Of a DNA stretch of 64,000 bases, positions 1-13,740 are shown piece by piece (position 1 is the first letter of the stretch; each line of letters opens with the position of its first letter). A program made the position numbers and the translations under genes. Source of the stretch: Octopus vulgaris (taxonomy: Eukaryota); the NCBI GenBank assembly GCA_951406725.2, contig OX597818.1:66774001-66838000 (forward strand), given 5' to 3'. Below the pieces are notes generated by a model, which was not told where the DNA came from, searched no databases, and was given only the letters and a program-made list of their open reading frames with translations.

Positions 1-225
1 ACAGGAATAAATGTTGTCCCGGTCTTCCACACTTCTCTCACCCCTCTGGCTAGATCCTGGTATTTCTTATTTTTTATCAATAACTTTGCTATCTATTCAG
101 ATATGATAAGCAATGACAAGATTTATCTCGACAAACTCTTAATATTTTCTCCTATATTATCTTTGGTCGTCTTCCTTCAACAGTGTGGTCAGTGTTTATA
201 TGGAAATATCACACGATCTTGGCAT
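1..225 (-). mobile_element. Decayed fragment of the restriction-like endonuclease (RLE) domain of an R4/Dong-type non-LTR retrotransposon
   Basis: Minus-strand translation gives KIV*YFHINTDHTVEGRRPKI and KYQDLARGVREVWKTGTTFIPV. These match the KILWDF..QTD....RRPD and KY.DL...W...IP motifs also present in the 18.5-21.1 kb elements. Confidence 0.6.
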
Positions 226-948
226 ACTTATTTTGAATTAAATCCTGTGGTCAGTGTTCATAGAATTGTCTAGTTTTTTCGAAGCAAAACATTCGAATAA
301 CTAACTATTTTGTAGTTGCGTCTTAGACGAACACACGGCTACTATTATTATTATTAATATTTCTTTATTTACCACAAAAGGGTTTACATTATGAAAACAC
401 TGTGAACGGTAAAGGACCACAGAAAGTGTACATGCATTTACGCGTATTAAGGTGTTGTTGCGAGGGTTTTGCATGTAAAAATGATTAACATAATGTGGGA
501 AAATCAGCAATGTATAATCCTCAACAGGGAGGATAGGTTTGAGGGCTTCTCAGGAAAAAGAAACACACACAAAACCATGGGTACCCAGACTTTTGGGATG
601 GGTGCCTTTTCACTTTTTCTTATTTATAATTCTTATTTATAATTCTTATTTATAATTGTAAGCATAGGCTTTTAAAAGGAGAAAAAAAGTTAGTGTTTTT
701 GTTCTTGCTGTTGTATTTAATGTCATTGTGCATAATGAAGGTGATCAGCTTAATCATCATTATCATAATCAACATTATCACTTCTACTACCACTAAAACC
801 TCTACCACCACGTCGGCCTCCACGACCACCATTTCTACCACCACCACTACCGGCGCTTATTCCACCCCCAACATCGTCCTCGTCATCATTTTTGTGATTA
901 CGTTCATCATTGTGCCATAATACTTCATCATGTTGTAGTTGAAGGAGC

Positions 949-949
949 G

Positions 950-1013
<64 letters not shown>

Positions 1014-1080
1014 TCATTGTTATTGTTATTGTTATTATTATTATTATTATCATTGCTCTTATTACTATTATTATTATTAC

Positions 1081-1153
<73 letters not shown>

Positions 1154-1172
1154 ATTATTATTATTATCATTA
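949..1172. repeat. (ATT)n microsatellite
   Basis: Directly visible; source of the poly-I and poly-L ORFs. Confidence 0.97.
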
Positions 1173-1379
1173 TACCTTTTTATTATTCCTTTTTATCATT
1201 GTCATCGTTATCAGGTTCAGTATCGTGATAGACATGGCGGACATTATTATTGTAAGTAATTTTATCATAAATAAGTTTTGTTTTATTTCTTTGAGTCATT
1301 TTGTTTATTATGACAGCAACTACAGAAGTTGCAGTCTAAGACCAGTGAAGAAACAACAAATATATATATACATACATAC

Positions 1380-1437
<58 letters not shown>

Positions 1438-2356
1438 AAAAATATAAGAAAGAAAAAAAACGCTACTTTGTCTCATTGTGAGAGATGCAATTCTATTATC
1501 TCATCATGATTCTTCACTTAACTATTTGTAGACAATACCAAGAGATCAAACGAATACATTCTCTTCTGAAAATGTAATTAGAAACAAAAAAACACACATA
1601 TACACACACAAAAAATGACGAAACTTTAATAGACAATAGATTATAAAAGAGTCAAGAGGAATAAATTAATAAAGAAGGCATATATATATGAAATACTCAC
1701 ATAAATACACGAACGCTTACCATTTCTTCAACATCTTCCCACAAGGTTTAGCATAGAGAATAATTGAAATACCTAAACCTATCTTTACATTTACTAGAAA
1801 ATGTGTCTAAGGGGATAAAAGAACTAAAACATTAGAAGCTGATATAAATCTACAACGTCTACCTAACATAATTCTGCTGGCGATTTTCATGGTAGATTTA
1901 ATGATAAGACAATATCATTTATCAGTTACAGACATATTACAACTGAAAGGTTTATTAAATTTTTAAATACATTTTTTTTTGCTTTTTAAGATAAATATCC
2001 ATTATTTTGTATGTGTTAATTTGAATAATCGTCGCACTGATGCATTAATTCATGTTTCGTTCGACATCGACATGCGGATGCGTCGTTCAGGTGACGTATA
2101 TATCCGTGACAGAAGATATATTTTGAGAATATCTAAATCGTAAACACGTTTTATACAAATCCCATTTAGGGAACACGTATACATATTTACATATACGCCG
2201 CTAACCACACACACGCACACACACTTATATACACTCGCGTATAAGCAAATACATGAATACATACATGAATATATATATACATATATGTATATATATGTAT
2301 GTATATAAATATATATGTATTTAAGTATGTGTATGTATGTATATATATAAATATAT

Positions 2357-2517
2357 AGGCGCAGGAGTGGCAATGTGGTAAGTAGTTTGCTTACCAACCA
2401 TATGGTTCCGGGTTCATTACCACTGCGTGGCACATTAGGGAAGTGTCTTCTATTATAGCTTCGGACCGACCAAATCCTGCTTAGTGTATTTGGTAGGCGG
2501 CAGCTGAAAGAAGCCCA

Positions 2518-2560
<43 letters not shown>

Positions 2561-2561
2561 A

Positions 2562-2593
<32 letters not shown>

Positions 2594-2766
2594 CTGTAAT
2601 TGTCCTACAAAATCGCTTGACAAACAATGCTGGTGCGTTTACGTTCCAGTAACATAGCGGTTCAGCAAAAGACCGATAGAAAAAGTCCGGGGTCGATTTG
2701 CTGGACAAAAAGGTGGCGTCCCATATGGCCACTGTGACATGATTGAAACATGTAAAAGAATAAAAT
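2357..2766 (+). mobile_element. tRNA-derived SINE family A (bipartite, central TA/TG microsatellite)
   Basis: Head AGGCGCAGGAGTGGC..TGGTAAG..GGTTCA with A/B-box-like motifs. Same sequence recurs at 49425, 55664, 59183 and 60575. Confidence 0.9.
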
Positions 2767-2815
2767 TGGTAAAAATATATATATATATATACAGATATAT
2801 ACATAAATATATGTA

Positions 2816-2877
<62 letters not shown>

Positions 2878-3299
2878 TATGAGAATATTTTTGAGGGAGG
2901 CTTCGAATTTTAGCCGTATTTTTGTCAGTGTGTGATTGCGGGTGCCCGTGTATTTGATAATTTTGTTATTGGATATAGTGATAATGAACATATCAATCAA
3001 TAGTTATCATTATTGAACGATGAAAAGTGAGAGAATACATCATTTAAAAGCTGTGACACAAGCGATATAATTATTCAAACCTAATCACATGGCTTTTAAT
3101 ACCACATGTTATTAACAACAATCGAAAGAATAAGATCTTCATCTGGACAAGTCCAACCATACATATAACGAGGAGCTCAATAAAACTCAGCTTGCGAAAA
3201 CATATTCAAATACTTATACAGTAAAATTATCCATATAATTCTTCCTATACCATAAACTTTTGATGCGTTCACATTTACACACACACAAACGTATATGAG

Positions 3300-3585
3300 G
3301 ATGAATTACCAGGGGTTTATAATCGCAAGATCCACGTTTCATTTCCTAGACCGGGCAGTGCGTTGTGTTCCTCAGCAAAATTAGCTTCATCTGGTGTTGC
3401 TCTGTGATTACTCCGAGGACTGACGTCTGGTTCAACATGCACATGTTAAGGCAATGGCGATTATTTAGTCTGTGGGGTAGAGTAATAAACTAATATACAT
3501 CACATAATTTGATCACAATAACCGCATTGTCTGCGTAGGCTGTTCGACATGAAATCGCAAAACCGTCTTTCTTAGACTACGAATG
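3300..3585 (+). mobile_element. Degenerate SINE (family D-like head)
   Basis: GACCGGGCAGTGCGTTGTGTTCCTCAGCAAAA resembles the post-tRNA segment of the 25335-25650 copy. Confidence 0.45.
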
Positions 3586-3706
3586 ATAACCATCATCATC
3601 ATCATCATCATCATAACCATCATCATCATCGTCGTCGCCATCAGCTGTGTGTGTGTGTCCTGTTTCCATGTTTATATATGAAAGCTGTACATACACCGCA
3701 CAAAAT

Positions 3707-3737
<31 letters not shown>

Positions 3738-5520
3738 AATGATGATGGTTATGATTCGTAGTTTAAGCACAGGAATGCTTGGAATGTGTTTAGGATTATA
3801 TTCCGTGTTGTTTTCTCGAGTTGAGATCGTTAACATACAACAGGGATTCGACACTGCATATATCCGTATTAATTTCATAATGAAAAACTCAGATATACTA
3901 GGGCATCTAACTCTGATCGATCTGAAACTCTAAATACGAACTTTTGTAAGTGAAGTTTGCTAACTAGAATTAATGTTTGCAATATCCGTTGGCACTTCCA
4001 CCGTAGCCAAACTTAGCTACCTTTAATCATAGATTTTTATCTTTTAAATGACAGGTGCTGCGAGGACGTTTATGAAGCTTTCACCATTTAGCTACTCTTA
4101 CCACTGCTACCACTAGTATAATAGGATTTTTCTCCGTAAACGTTCCTGAAACAAGTTGTATTAGAACTTCTCGTTTTGAATGCTGTTATATTTACTCATA
4201 TTTGTACATGTCCTGATAAGCTCTTACGAACCCAATTTATGAGGTGTTCTGGAAGCTCCAATTCTTCTTTCCAGTGGATGCATCACAGTAAGTTCTGGCT
4301 GAACACCATAATTCAATAGGACAATTGTATGCTTCAAAAACGCATTCTTCCATCCAACTGAATATCATTAATAAGTTCAAGTGACGAATAGCTGAGTATG
4401 ATGTCTACAGAATATCTTCTTCCTGTAGAATTATTGTCTGTTGGAAGTAGAGCAGAAACTATCGAGATGAATGTCTGTCGTATTATGAACTGTGAGGCTG
4501 ATTTGGTTTGACCAAATATGAAATGAATGTTCAGTGTTGGTTTCACTTATATTCACCTCTAACAAATGTCCTGATCAGATATGTAATTAAGACTCGCTTC
4601 AATATATCCATTCTTCAGTAAATCGATAGTTAGTAAACCAATTACATTATATGCAAGTTATTCATTGAAATGATAAAACATTTTTTTTGTTTTTAGAAGT
4701 ACAATATATACATTTTCTGTTGCTATTTTGCTTTGATTCTCTAAAAAACATTTATTTAAAACATAATACATTATGAACAATTAATTTATTTGCATTGGCA
4801 GATGGCCATCATTTTGTTGTTGTTCAATTATGTATAGTGTATGAAAAACTAAACTTAAAAGTCATATCCCAGCAGCTTTGATGAAAAACAGGGTCAACAG
4901 CGAAGAGGCTGTACGTCCCAAAATCTAATTTCAAACCTTAGCATGCAACCCATTAACTGAAAACTATTTCCATAGTGACCTACATTCGCTGCCAATATTC
5001 CAATGGCAATAAAGTGTAAATCTGTATATTGTTATTACTCAATGGCACAAAAAAACCTATGTTCCAGGCTATTTGAATTCCTTTCCTATAAAAATCTGAT
5101 CGTTATTGATATTTATAATATCCTACAGAGTTTTCAGCGAAACAGGGAACTAGTTTTTTCATCCTCAGCGTGTTATTTTTTCTCTTTAATTTTATCAATG
5201 TATCCTTGTTCCATTGGTGGTTTCGATAAAACATAATTACAATCAATCGAATGGATCGATAGAGTAGATATGTATGTGAACTCCGACAAGAATTAGGTTT
5301 CCAGTGTAGTTTACACGAAGCGGGCAAACGGTAAAACTTGCGCGAACTGAATATTTATTGCATCATATCTAAATCGAATTTCATGGAAAGGAATCCAAAT
5401 GTGTCCCCCATCCAAATAAATATCCATGTTTCATAAATCGTGAACGTAATTCTCTTGTATCATTTGACAGGAAAGATAAATATTTTTACCATCACTTCAA
5501 TAGCTAAGCTGCTTCACGCT

Positions 5521-5522
<2 letters not shown>

Positions 5523-5594
<72 letters not shown>

Positions 5595-5596
5595 AC
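5523..5596. repeat. (AC)n microsatellite
   Basis: Directly visible. Confidence 0.97.
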
Positions 5597-6747
5597 TTAT
5601 ATATATCAAGCGGCACTGGAACTTTTTATTTCTTTTCATATATTATCATGCACAGAAAGACTGCTTTTCGACTGTGGGACACACAAACATGTTTTGGAAT
5701 ATATATTTTTGTCCATATTTTTTCCATACGCGATTCGCTGCCAGAATTGTAAGTATACCAAATCAAATTCTTGGTAGCATTTTTTCCATCCTTATGCTTT
5801 GAGTATAAATTCCGCCGAGACCATTTACTGTCATGATAAAAGGACTAGTTAAGCACTGCGGTCGATGAAATCGTTCTACCTGTCAGTCCTTCTGTCTATA
5901 GTAGAACAGAGAGTATCACCTCAGCTCCTAGAATTTTTTAATATATCAGAAGTAAACATGGATGATACCTACACCAACGTTTGCATTTTCGATTCATTAT
6001 CACATTTAAAAAAAATACTATTATCTTCACAGTCATCTCTTGCTGAATAATCGATACGTAACATCTTTAAAATTAACCTTTTGGTATCTGTGGCTGTATT
6101 ACTTGACTCTATATGTTATTCAGCTACGGTGTAATAATAGTTATATTTTATTTCTACAGTCATAGAACACACACACACATACACACACACACCACATGCA
6201 CACACAGAAGCACAAACACACGCACGTTTATATATAGATATATGCAAACATATATTTATAAATACATATATACATACCCAAATACACCACATTTTTCAAT
6301 CACTTGTTATCCCCCGCGTTTCCTCTGCGACATTATTATTTTTTTCTGTTTTCATATTTTCTTTAATTATAATTCCTAATTACAAGTTATTTACAGAATA
6401 TTGAATGTTTCAACAATATTATCCACAAATAAAAATGCAATGATTATATAAAGAAAAAAGAATAATTTGTTTGATAAGAGTATTATTCAACTGTGCAAAT
6501 ATTCTTCAAATGTATTTGACAAAATACATTCTAATTCCCGCTTAGGTGCACTTTCACACAATGAAATGATAGAGAAATTTTTTTTGAATATATGATTAAA
6601 TAAAAGGTACTATGTTTGAAGTGAAAGGCATGAATAATGATCCAGCTTATATCGGATGTAAAGTGCCAAGACCATTTCAAAATACATTCACGAAATATGT
6701 CACACGTACATACCTCGCCACATAACTATATACTCGCCTCTATATAC

Positions 6748-7134
6748 TTTTTCTTAGCACTCCGTCGGTTACGACGATGAGGGTTCCGGTTGATCCGAAT
6801 CAACGGAACAGCCTGCTCGTGAACTTAACGTGTAAGTGACTGAGCACTCCACAGACACGTGCACTCTTAACGTAGTTCTCGGGGATATTCAGCGTGACAC
6901 AGAGAGTGACAAGGCCGGCTCCTTGAAATACAGGTACAACAGAAACAGGAAGTAAGAGAGAAAGTTGTGGTGAAAGAGTACAGCAGGGTTCACCACCACC
7001 ACTCTGCCGGAGCCTCGTTGAGCTTTTAGGTGTTTTCACTCAATAAACACTGACAACGTCAGGTCTGGGAATCGAAAACGCGATCCTATGACTGCGAGTC
7101 CGCTGCCCTAACCACTGGGACATTGCGCCTCCAC
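6748..7134 (-). mobile_element. tRNA-derived SINE family C, full length, with 16-bp target-site duplication (TSD)
   Basis: Minus strand begins GTGGAGGCGCAATGTCCCAGTGGTTAGGGCAGCGGACTCGC..TTCGATTCC. Perfect TSD ACTCGCCTCTATATAC at 6732-6747 and 7135-7150. Second copy at 61905. Confidence 0.93.
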
Positions 7135-7261
7135 ACTCGCCTCTATATACATGCGTGGTGCATTTGGTATATATTCTGTGTAAAACGCATTTCAAGATGA
7201 CATTTACACGCTAGTATTCATAGATTATTCATCATCGCTTTCCGTTGTTAAATAACGTATT

Positions 7262-7392
<131 letters not shown>

Positions 7393-7395
7393 TCT

Positions 7396-7784
7396 GTGAC
7401 ACTTTTCCACACAGCTATCCTCATCCATTCTCACCACATGACCATACCAGCGCAGTCGTCTCTCTTGCACACCACATCTGATGCGTATTAGGTGCTGCTT
7501 TTCTCTCAAGGCACTTACACTCTGTCGAGTATGCACACTGACATTTCATATCCAGCGGAGCATACTGGCTTCGTTCCTTGCAAGCTTACGCATATCCTCA
7601 GCAGTCAAAGCCCATGTTTCACTGCCATGTAGCATGGCTGTTCGTACACAAGCGTCCTACAGTCGACCTTTTACACTGAGCGAGAGGCCCTTTGTCACCA
7701 GCAGAGGTGGGAGCTCTCTGAACTTTGTCCAAGCTATTCTCAGTCTAGCAGCTACACATTCAGAGCACCCACCCCGCTACTTAT
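7396..7784 (-). mobile_element. RTE-clade LINE ORF2 C-terminal fragment
   Basis: Minus translation includes AWTKFREL, CVRTAMLHGSETW and RRLRWYGHVVRMDEDS, typical of the post-RT region of RTE elements. Confidence 0.85.
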
Positions 7785-8039
7785 ATATATATTTCTTTTT
7801 CGTACTTGGTTAGCAAGATTCTTTATGTGAATTCGTGCGTTGAAGTATATCTGTTGTGTCTAGGAGGAGTTTTTCTACTTTAGTGTCCGGTGAATTGAAC
7901 ACACTCACTAATCTAATTTCCATTCATTAACTTACTTATTGTTACTTTTCTTTTGTTTTTTGCGTCTTACGACCTTTTCAATAATCGTTCCTGTTTTCTT
8001 TGTTTGTGAGCAATCCTGCAAACCTTGTTATGACACACC

Positions 8040-8610
8040 TAACCCAGCCATGTTGCGGAGCGAATATCGCCAGGAATAATAGACTATCGTTTTTCATCTC
8101 ACAGATATTGCAACCTCTCACTGAAATGTCCTCGGAAGTATGTGTGATCACGGAATATCTCCTTAGTAAAATCTGTAGTTGCAACCATTCCAAAGACCTC
8201 CCAGCGCGTATAGTGTGTAGTATGGTTGTAATTTCACACTACCCATCTCTTGACATAGAGGCTGCTGTAGAAAAATGCATAGATATTATCTGTGAGAATG
8301 AGATATTGTTTTGTCAAATCAACACGAAGCAACTGTGCCTCCTCCTTAAAATCAGCGATGTCAGTAACTTTGTAGACAACCATGATCTTAGTAGATTCTG
8401 CTCCACAAGGTCTCAGAGGGAAAGACCACCCACCCACGACGAAGAAAGGCGCCGAAGAGAGCGCTGGAGTGGATGGACCACACCCATACAAGAACCTGAG
8501 AACAACTGTCAGATGAAATGAATAATCGCACATGCAATGAGAGTTCCCCTAAGAACCACCTTGAATAACTACATAATAAAGTTTAACAAGAAACTATACT
8601 TGCAATTCCC
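8040..8610 (+). mobile_element. Penelope-like element reverse transcriptase N-terminal fragment
   Basis: ORF 8000-8521 has CCGAN...LSFFISQILQPL and SMVVISHYPSLDI (degenerate SMDV..LYPS, RT motif A), followed by NNYIIKFNKKLYLQ. Confidence 0.65.
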
Positions 8611-8988
8611 AAACAATCACCTATATTTCATTATATCCTAAGAGGCAATCGGGTCTTGAACAGTGATAAAAGTGAGCCTAATTTCATAATACATTGCATT
8701 GCAAGGAAAGCTTAAAGACGGACAAAATACAATATTTTCTGAGAGGAATCAACACTGTTTACTTCAAACATATTACTGCAGAAAATCTTGAATGTTTGTA
8801 GTCGACGGAATCCTTGTGCGTTATTAGTTTGTTAATACTCTTTACGGCACCTTTCCGATTGGCTGCATTAAGGGGATGAAAAGACGACAAACTCGGTCGT
8901 CAAGCAATCCCAAAACACACACGTGTATGTGTGCGTGTGTGTCTGAGTATGTATCCCTGTCTCTCCTTCTCTTTCTCTCTGTATGTAT

Positions 8989-9190
<202 letters not shown>

Positions 9191-9487
9191 TATTGGTCCA
9201 ATTTCGGGGTTAATTCACATTATTACGTAGAAGTTTTCACAAGAAGTTTCCCTCTTCAGCGGCACATACGGGAGATATAAATGAAATACTTATTCATACA
9301 CACGGAAGAAGCAAGCACCAAGTCCCGAGCAGACTTAAGTACCCCAAATATATCCAAATAGAAAAATCTTCGGCGCACCTCGAGACACGTGTGATTCGAA
9401 CTATGTATAAATTTTACCTTTAAAGGCATTTTTTGATACGCTGGCCATTGATAAAAATTTTTCACGAAAAAAATGTTATGCTATATG

Positions 9488-9574
<87 letters not shown>

Positions 9575-10241
9575 TGTATGTATACATATACATACATACA
9601 AAGAGAGATTGTACGAAGTATTTCGGCGAACGCTAGTCTACCATGTTCACTGCTGGGACATAGGCTAATCAACATTTACATTAGAAGTGAAGAGTTGAGA
9701 TTGGCGTACAGTGGGATTGCAGTCGAAATGTGTTAGGGCATGGCATACCTTAATCGATCGCACATGGATGGACAATGTCTCCCACACGCCGTAAATGTAT
9801 CTTCGTCTCCTAAATGAGTAAATCAAATTCATTTTAACATAAAGTAATTTAAAATTAGCATAAAGGTGAAATAAACCAAGTTATAGTTTACAAAACACTT
9901 TACCGCTGTTGCGGTTCTTCAGTTTATTAATTCAATAAGATAGAACGATTTCACAGCAAAAAGAATATATAAAACAATAAAGAGATTGGAAAATAAAGGG
10001 ATTACAGAGAAAAAGTGTTCTGGAACCGTTTAGGCCTCCTGCTATGAATTTTCAAACAAGATACGAAGAACAGTTAGTTATGAATTGCCATTTATCCTGA
10101 AGGCATGATTATGTAAATAACAGTGCTTTAAGCAAATTATTATGGTGTGCAAGACATATTTTGTCGGTAAGGATTAGAAGAGACAACCGAAATTGCGAAA
10201 AAAAAACTGCATATTAATAGATTCACAATTGTTTATGTAGT

Positions 10242-10283
<42 letters not shown>

Positions 10284-10322
10284 CGTACGCACATATATAT
10301 TTATGTATGTGTATATATACAT

Positions 10323-10376
<54 letters not shown>

Positions 10377-11146
10377 ATAGGGAGAAAAAAGATAGATAGA
10401 TAGGTAGGTAGGTAGATAGATAGGTATGGAAGACAATAAAACAAATCAAATTGGTTTTCGATAGTATATTCTAAAGGGGTTAATAAAACATTAAAGATGA
10501 GCTAAGATGCACAATTCCAATTTCATAGTTGACCCTGAAGAAAGAGAAAAATACGGCAAAATAATGGATCAATATTGAAAAGAAATGTTTGTGCGTCAGA
10601 GACTTCAAAATGCAAACCAAATTCACGACTTCCCGAGCGAAAACATAGAATGGCAGTGAACATTTTATACACGCAAGTAAACTTACTAACGGTATTTGAT
10701 TTTTATTTGTCTTCATTTTTCGTATCTCATTATTAAATATATAACCTAAGATGGCAGCATTCAAGAATGGAAATGTAAGGTAAATAATGAAAATGAGTCT
10801 CCTAGAAACTGTAATCATATGAAAATTGCTTTTCTGAGAGATTTGACAGCTTATTAGTCTATTTTAATTTTATAGTAAATGCTGTATGCATGACTGAATT
10901 CCTGATTGAGTTTGTTTATTTTCTAAACTGGGCAAAACTATTTATCGTTTCGAAAAAACAACATAACGATATAGATAGAGAATAACATCAAACTGGAGAT
11001 AACATTATGAATATCTATTGCTTATTTTAAAATCTGGTCTGTAACTTTAGTGCTAGCCTACTGTAGGGAAATACAGGAGATATATGTAATAGAGGATCAC
11101 CAATGCGTTACCAGTTATTCACAAAGGTAACGTGAACATTATATAT

Positions 11147-11247
<101 letters not shown>

Positions 11248-11251
11248 TATA

Positions 11252-11563
11252 TTGAGCAAGTCTTCTACTATAGCCTCGGGACGACCAAATCTTCATGAGT
11301 GAATTTGGTGGACGGAAACTCAAAGAAGCCCATCGTATATATTATATACATGTGAGTGTGCGTGTATTTGTGTATCTGTGTTTCTCTCCACACCATTGCT
11401 TGAAACCGCTGCTGGTGTGTTTACATCCCCGTAACTTAGCGGTTTGTAAACAGTCTTATAGAATTAATATTAAGCTTACAAATAAGTTCTGGGGCGATTT
11501 GTTCGACTAAATGGTGGTGCTTCAGCTTGGCCGCAGTCAAATTACTGAATTACAAGAATAAAA

Positions 11564-11565
<2 letters not shown>
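11252..11565 (+). mobile_element. SINE family A, 5'-truncated
   Basis: GCAAGTCTTCTACTATAGCCTCGGG..GACGGAAACT..CGTAACTTAGCGG..GGCCGCAGTCAAAT matches family A. Confidence 0.85.
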
Positions 11566-11610
<45 letters not shown>

Positions 11611-12290
11611 ATATATATATGCCTTCACGTATTCACATAAGTACATGCATACGCAAAAAAGAAAAACGTCGCAAAACACATACAAAACCACACACGCACA
11701 TACACTCTAACAGGCAGAGACTCTCTCACGCACACGCAAACACATGCTCGTTACCACACACATGCACGGAGGTGGAGACACTCATAACAATACATGTAAC
11801 CCAAAGAAACATCCTTATTGTGACTCCAATTCATTCATCACAGCATACACACCCAGCAACACACAACTGGTCTTATTCCCAACATAATGAAACGGTACAA
11901 AGACACACACCCACACACACACAGAGGTAGACATAAAATCCATGCAATAAATACTTTTTAGTCACTCCCTTACAACTAAACTGCAAATATATCTTTTTGG
12001 CAATAGACTACATCCCTTCTCTTACACTCTAACACTTTCTACTCTATACCGGACAATATATAAAGAAGACTTCAATGAAAGATAACCAGAACTATTTTTG
12101 ACCCCAGACAGAAGATAAAGAATTTTTACTTCAAATTTCTATAAATTTTTTTACTGATATTTGATCAGATAAGATTCATCATCGAAACTGGTAGCATTTT
12201 CTTTATATGATTTTTGAAGTCATTTTTATTAAATTCGTTCTTGAATGGAAATGTCTTAGATTTACTCCCGTGCTATTTCCACCTCCATCT

Positions 12291-12323
<33 letters not shown>

Positions 12324-12857
12324 AGGTTTGCATTAGATGAAGTAGGGAGAAACGTTGAGCTCGTATTCAGGATATTAATATGTAATCCATTAAATCCTTA
12401 TGCCAAACAGCTTTTCCAACATATAATATATTGTACAATATATCCCCGAATCTGAAACAGGATTCCGTGTTTCAAGGTTTCTCAGTTATCTCTCTCATAT
12501 TTCTACAAATGTTCTAAGATTATTCCTAGGCAGTTGCTGCCTTAGGTATTTTGAATAAACTATCTAATGCAATTTTCGTGCGGGATTACAAACGCAAGTT
12601 GCAATGTATTGTAATGTGTTTGTCCTATAGTTTTATTTCCATGTGTATATTGCTTTAGTGTGGCTTGCGTTAGTTTATATATGCTGCAGAAATGTACGTG
12701 TTATATATATCAACAGACCTAAGCTCATTTCAATGCTATCTATGTAGAAAGTTTGCCCGTTAATCTAGTTGAAATCTAAGGCTGCAGCAACTTGGCTATA
12801 ACCAGATATTTAGGCTGAATTTATACATCAACGTTCAATAAATTTAAACGCTATTCA

Positions 12858-13075
12858 GTTCTACACTAGGCACATTGCCCGATATTTTGAGGAAGGGGGC
12901 CAGTCAAATAGATCGACCGCAGTACGGAACTAGTGCTTAATTCATCGACCGCGAAAGGATAAAAGTAATAGTCTACCTCGGCGGAATTGTAACTCAGAAC
13001 GTAAATATAGAGGAAACACTGGTAAGCATTTCGCCTGAGTGTTTCGAGCTAAAATTTCTGATAGCGCACCACCTT
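12858..13075 (-). mobile_element. SINE family B (variant tail)
   Basis: Reverse complement matches the 50814 copy (CAATTCCGCCGAGGT..ATCCTTTCG.GGTCGAT). Confidence 0.8.
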
Positions 13076-13189
13076 ATATGCAACAGTTATTGTGATGATG
13101 CAGAAAATATTTACTGCTGAAATTATTTGTTAGAAAAACTGTATTTTTACGTTGTCCTTTTCGCCGCAAATGCATATTTAATAGATTCA

Positions 13190-13740
13190 TTTGATCCATA
13201 ACTAGATAAAGGTCATGTTGGGGCGCCGGCTTGAAAACTTTTACTCCTGAAAATTGACCCCCAGTAATTTTATCTTTTTTAAACCGGATATTTATTCATT
13301 CGAACTCTCTGGGTATTCTCCTAAGGTATTGGGACGTAAACGCGCAAACACTTATCAAAGCTGTGGTAGGGGGAGAAAATAAAACCAAAGATACGGTCAC
13401 GTATGTTTTGCAAACAACTTGCACAGGTGGTCATCAGGATAGAACATACATGGCTGAAGGCAATGGCGATTACATTGAATAGATTGACGCTTTATTTACT
13501 CTTTCAAAATGTTTGTGTGTATGTGTGTGGGAATGTGATATGATTGTTTCTGTTTTCTCTCTCACATCCACTCAAGTGGCTTTGGTTGAGTGTTTTTCAT
13601 TAGCCCTCATGCGTTTCTCTTCAACCGGTCTATATTATATGGGCTATAGTAGAAAACACATGTTCAACGTGCCACGCTGTGGGGCTAAGCCTGGAAGCAG
13701 AGGTGCTGCGTTAGGGATGCAAACTTCTTACAGCATACCA
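13190..13740 (-). mobile_element. Degenerate SINE family A with internal insertions
   Basis: GGGACGTAAAC and GGCTATAGTAGAAAACAC..GTGCCACGCTGTGGG match family A in reverse. Confidence 0.55.

Noticed and set aside
617-656. Three copies of a 13-bp unit TTCTTATTTATAA
   Set aside because: Ordinary slippage-type tandem repeat in AT-rich DNA.
3745-3900. Possible plus-strand 3' end of a Dong-like LINE
   Set aside because: Similarity is limited to a few residues (Q...TA.IR).
4200-4560. Possible very old LINE RT fragment on the minus strand
   Set aside because: Only a vague YSVDII resemblance to YADD; not enough support.
7060-7134. tRNA gene
   Set aside because: It is the tRNA-derived head of a SINE with TSDs and lacks a full cloverleaf acceptor stem; the same applies to the other SINE heads.
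8872-8905. GAUGA followed by a GACGAC/GUCGUC hairpin as a hammerhead
   Set aside because: CU of the core, GAAA and stem I are missing.
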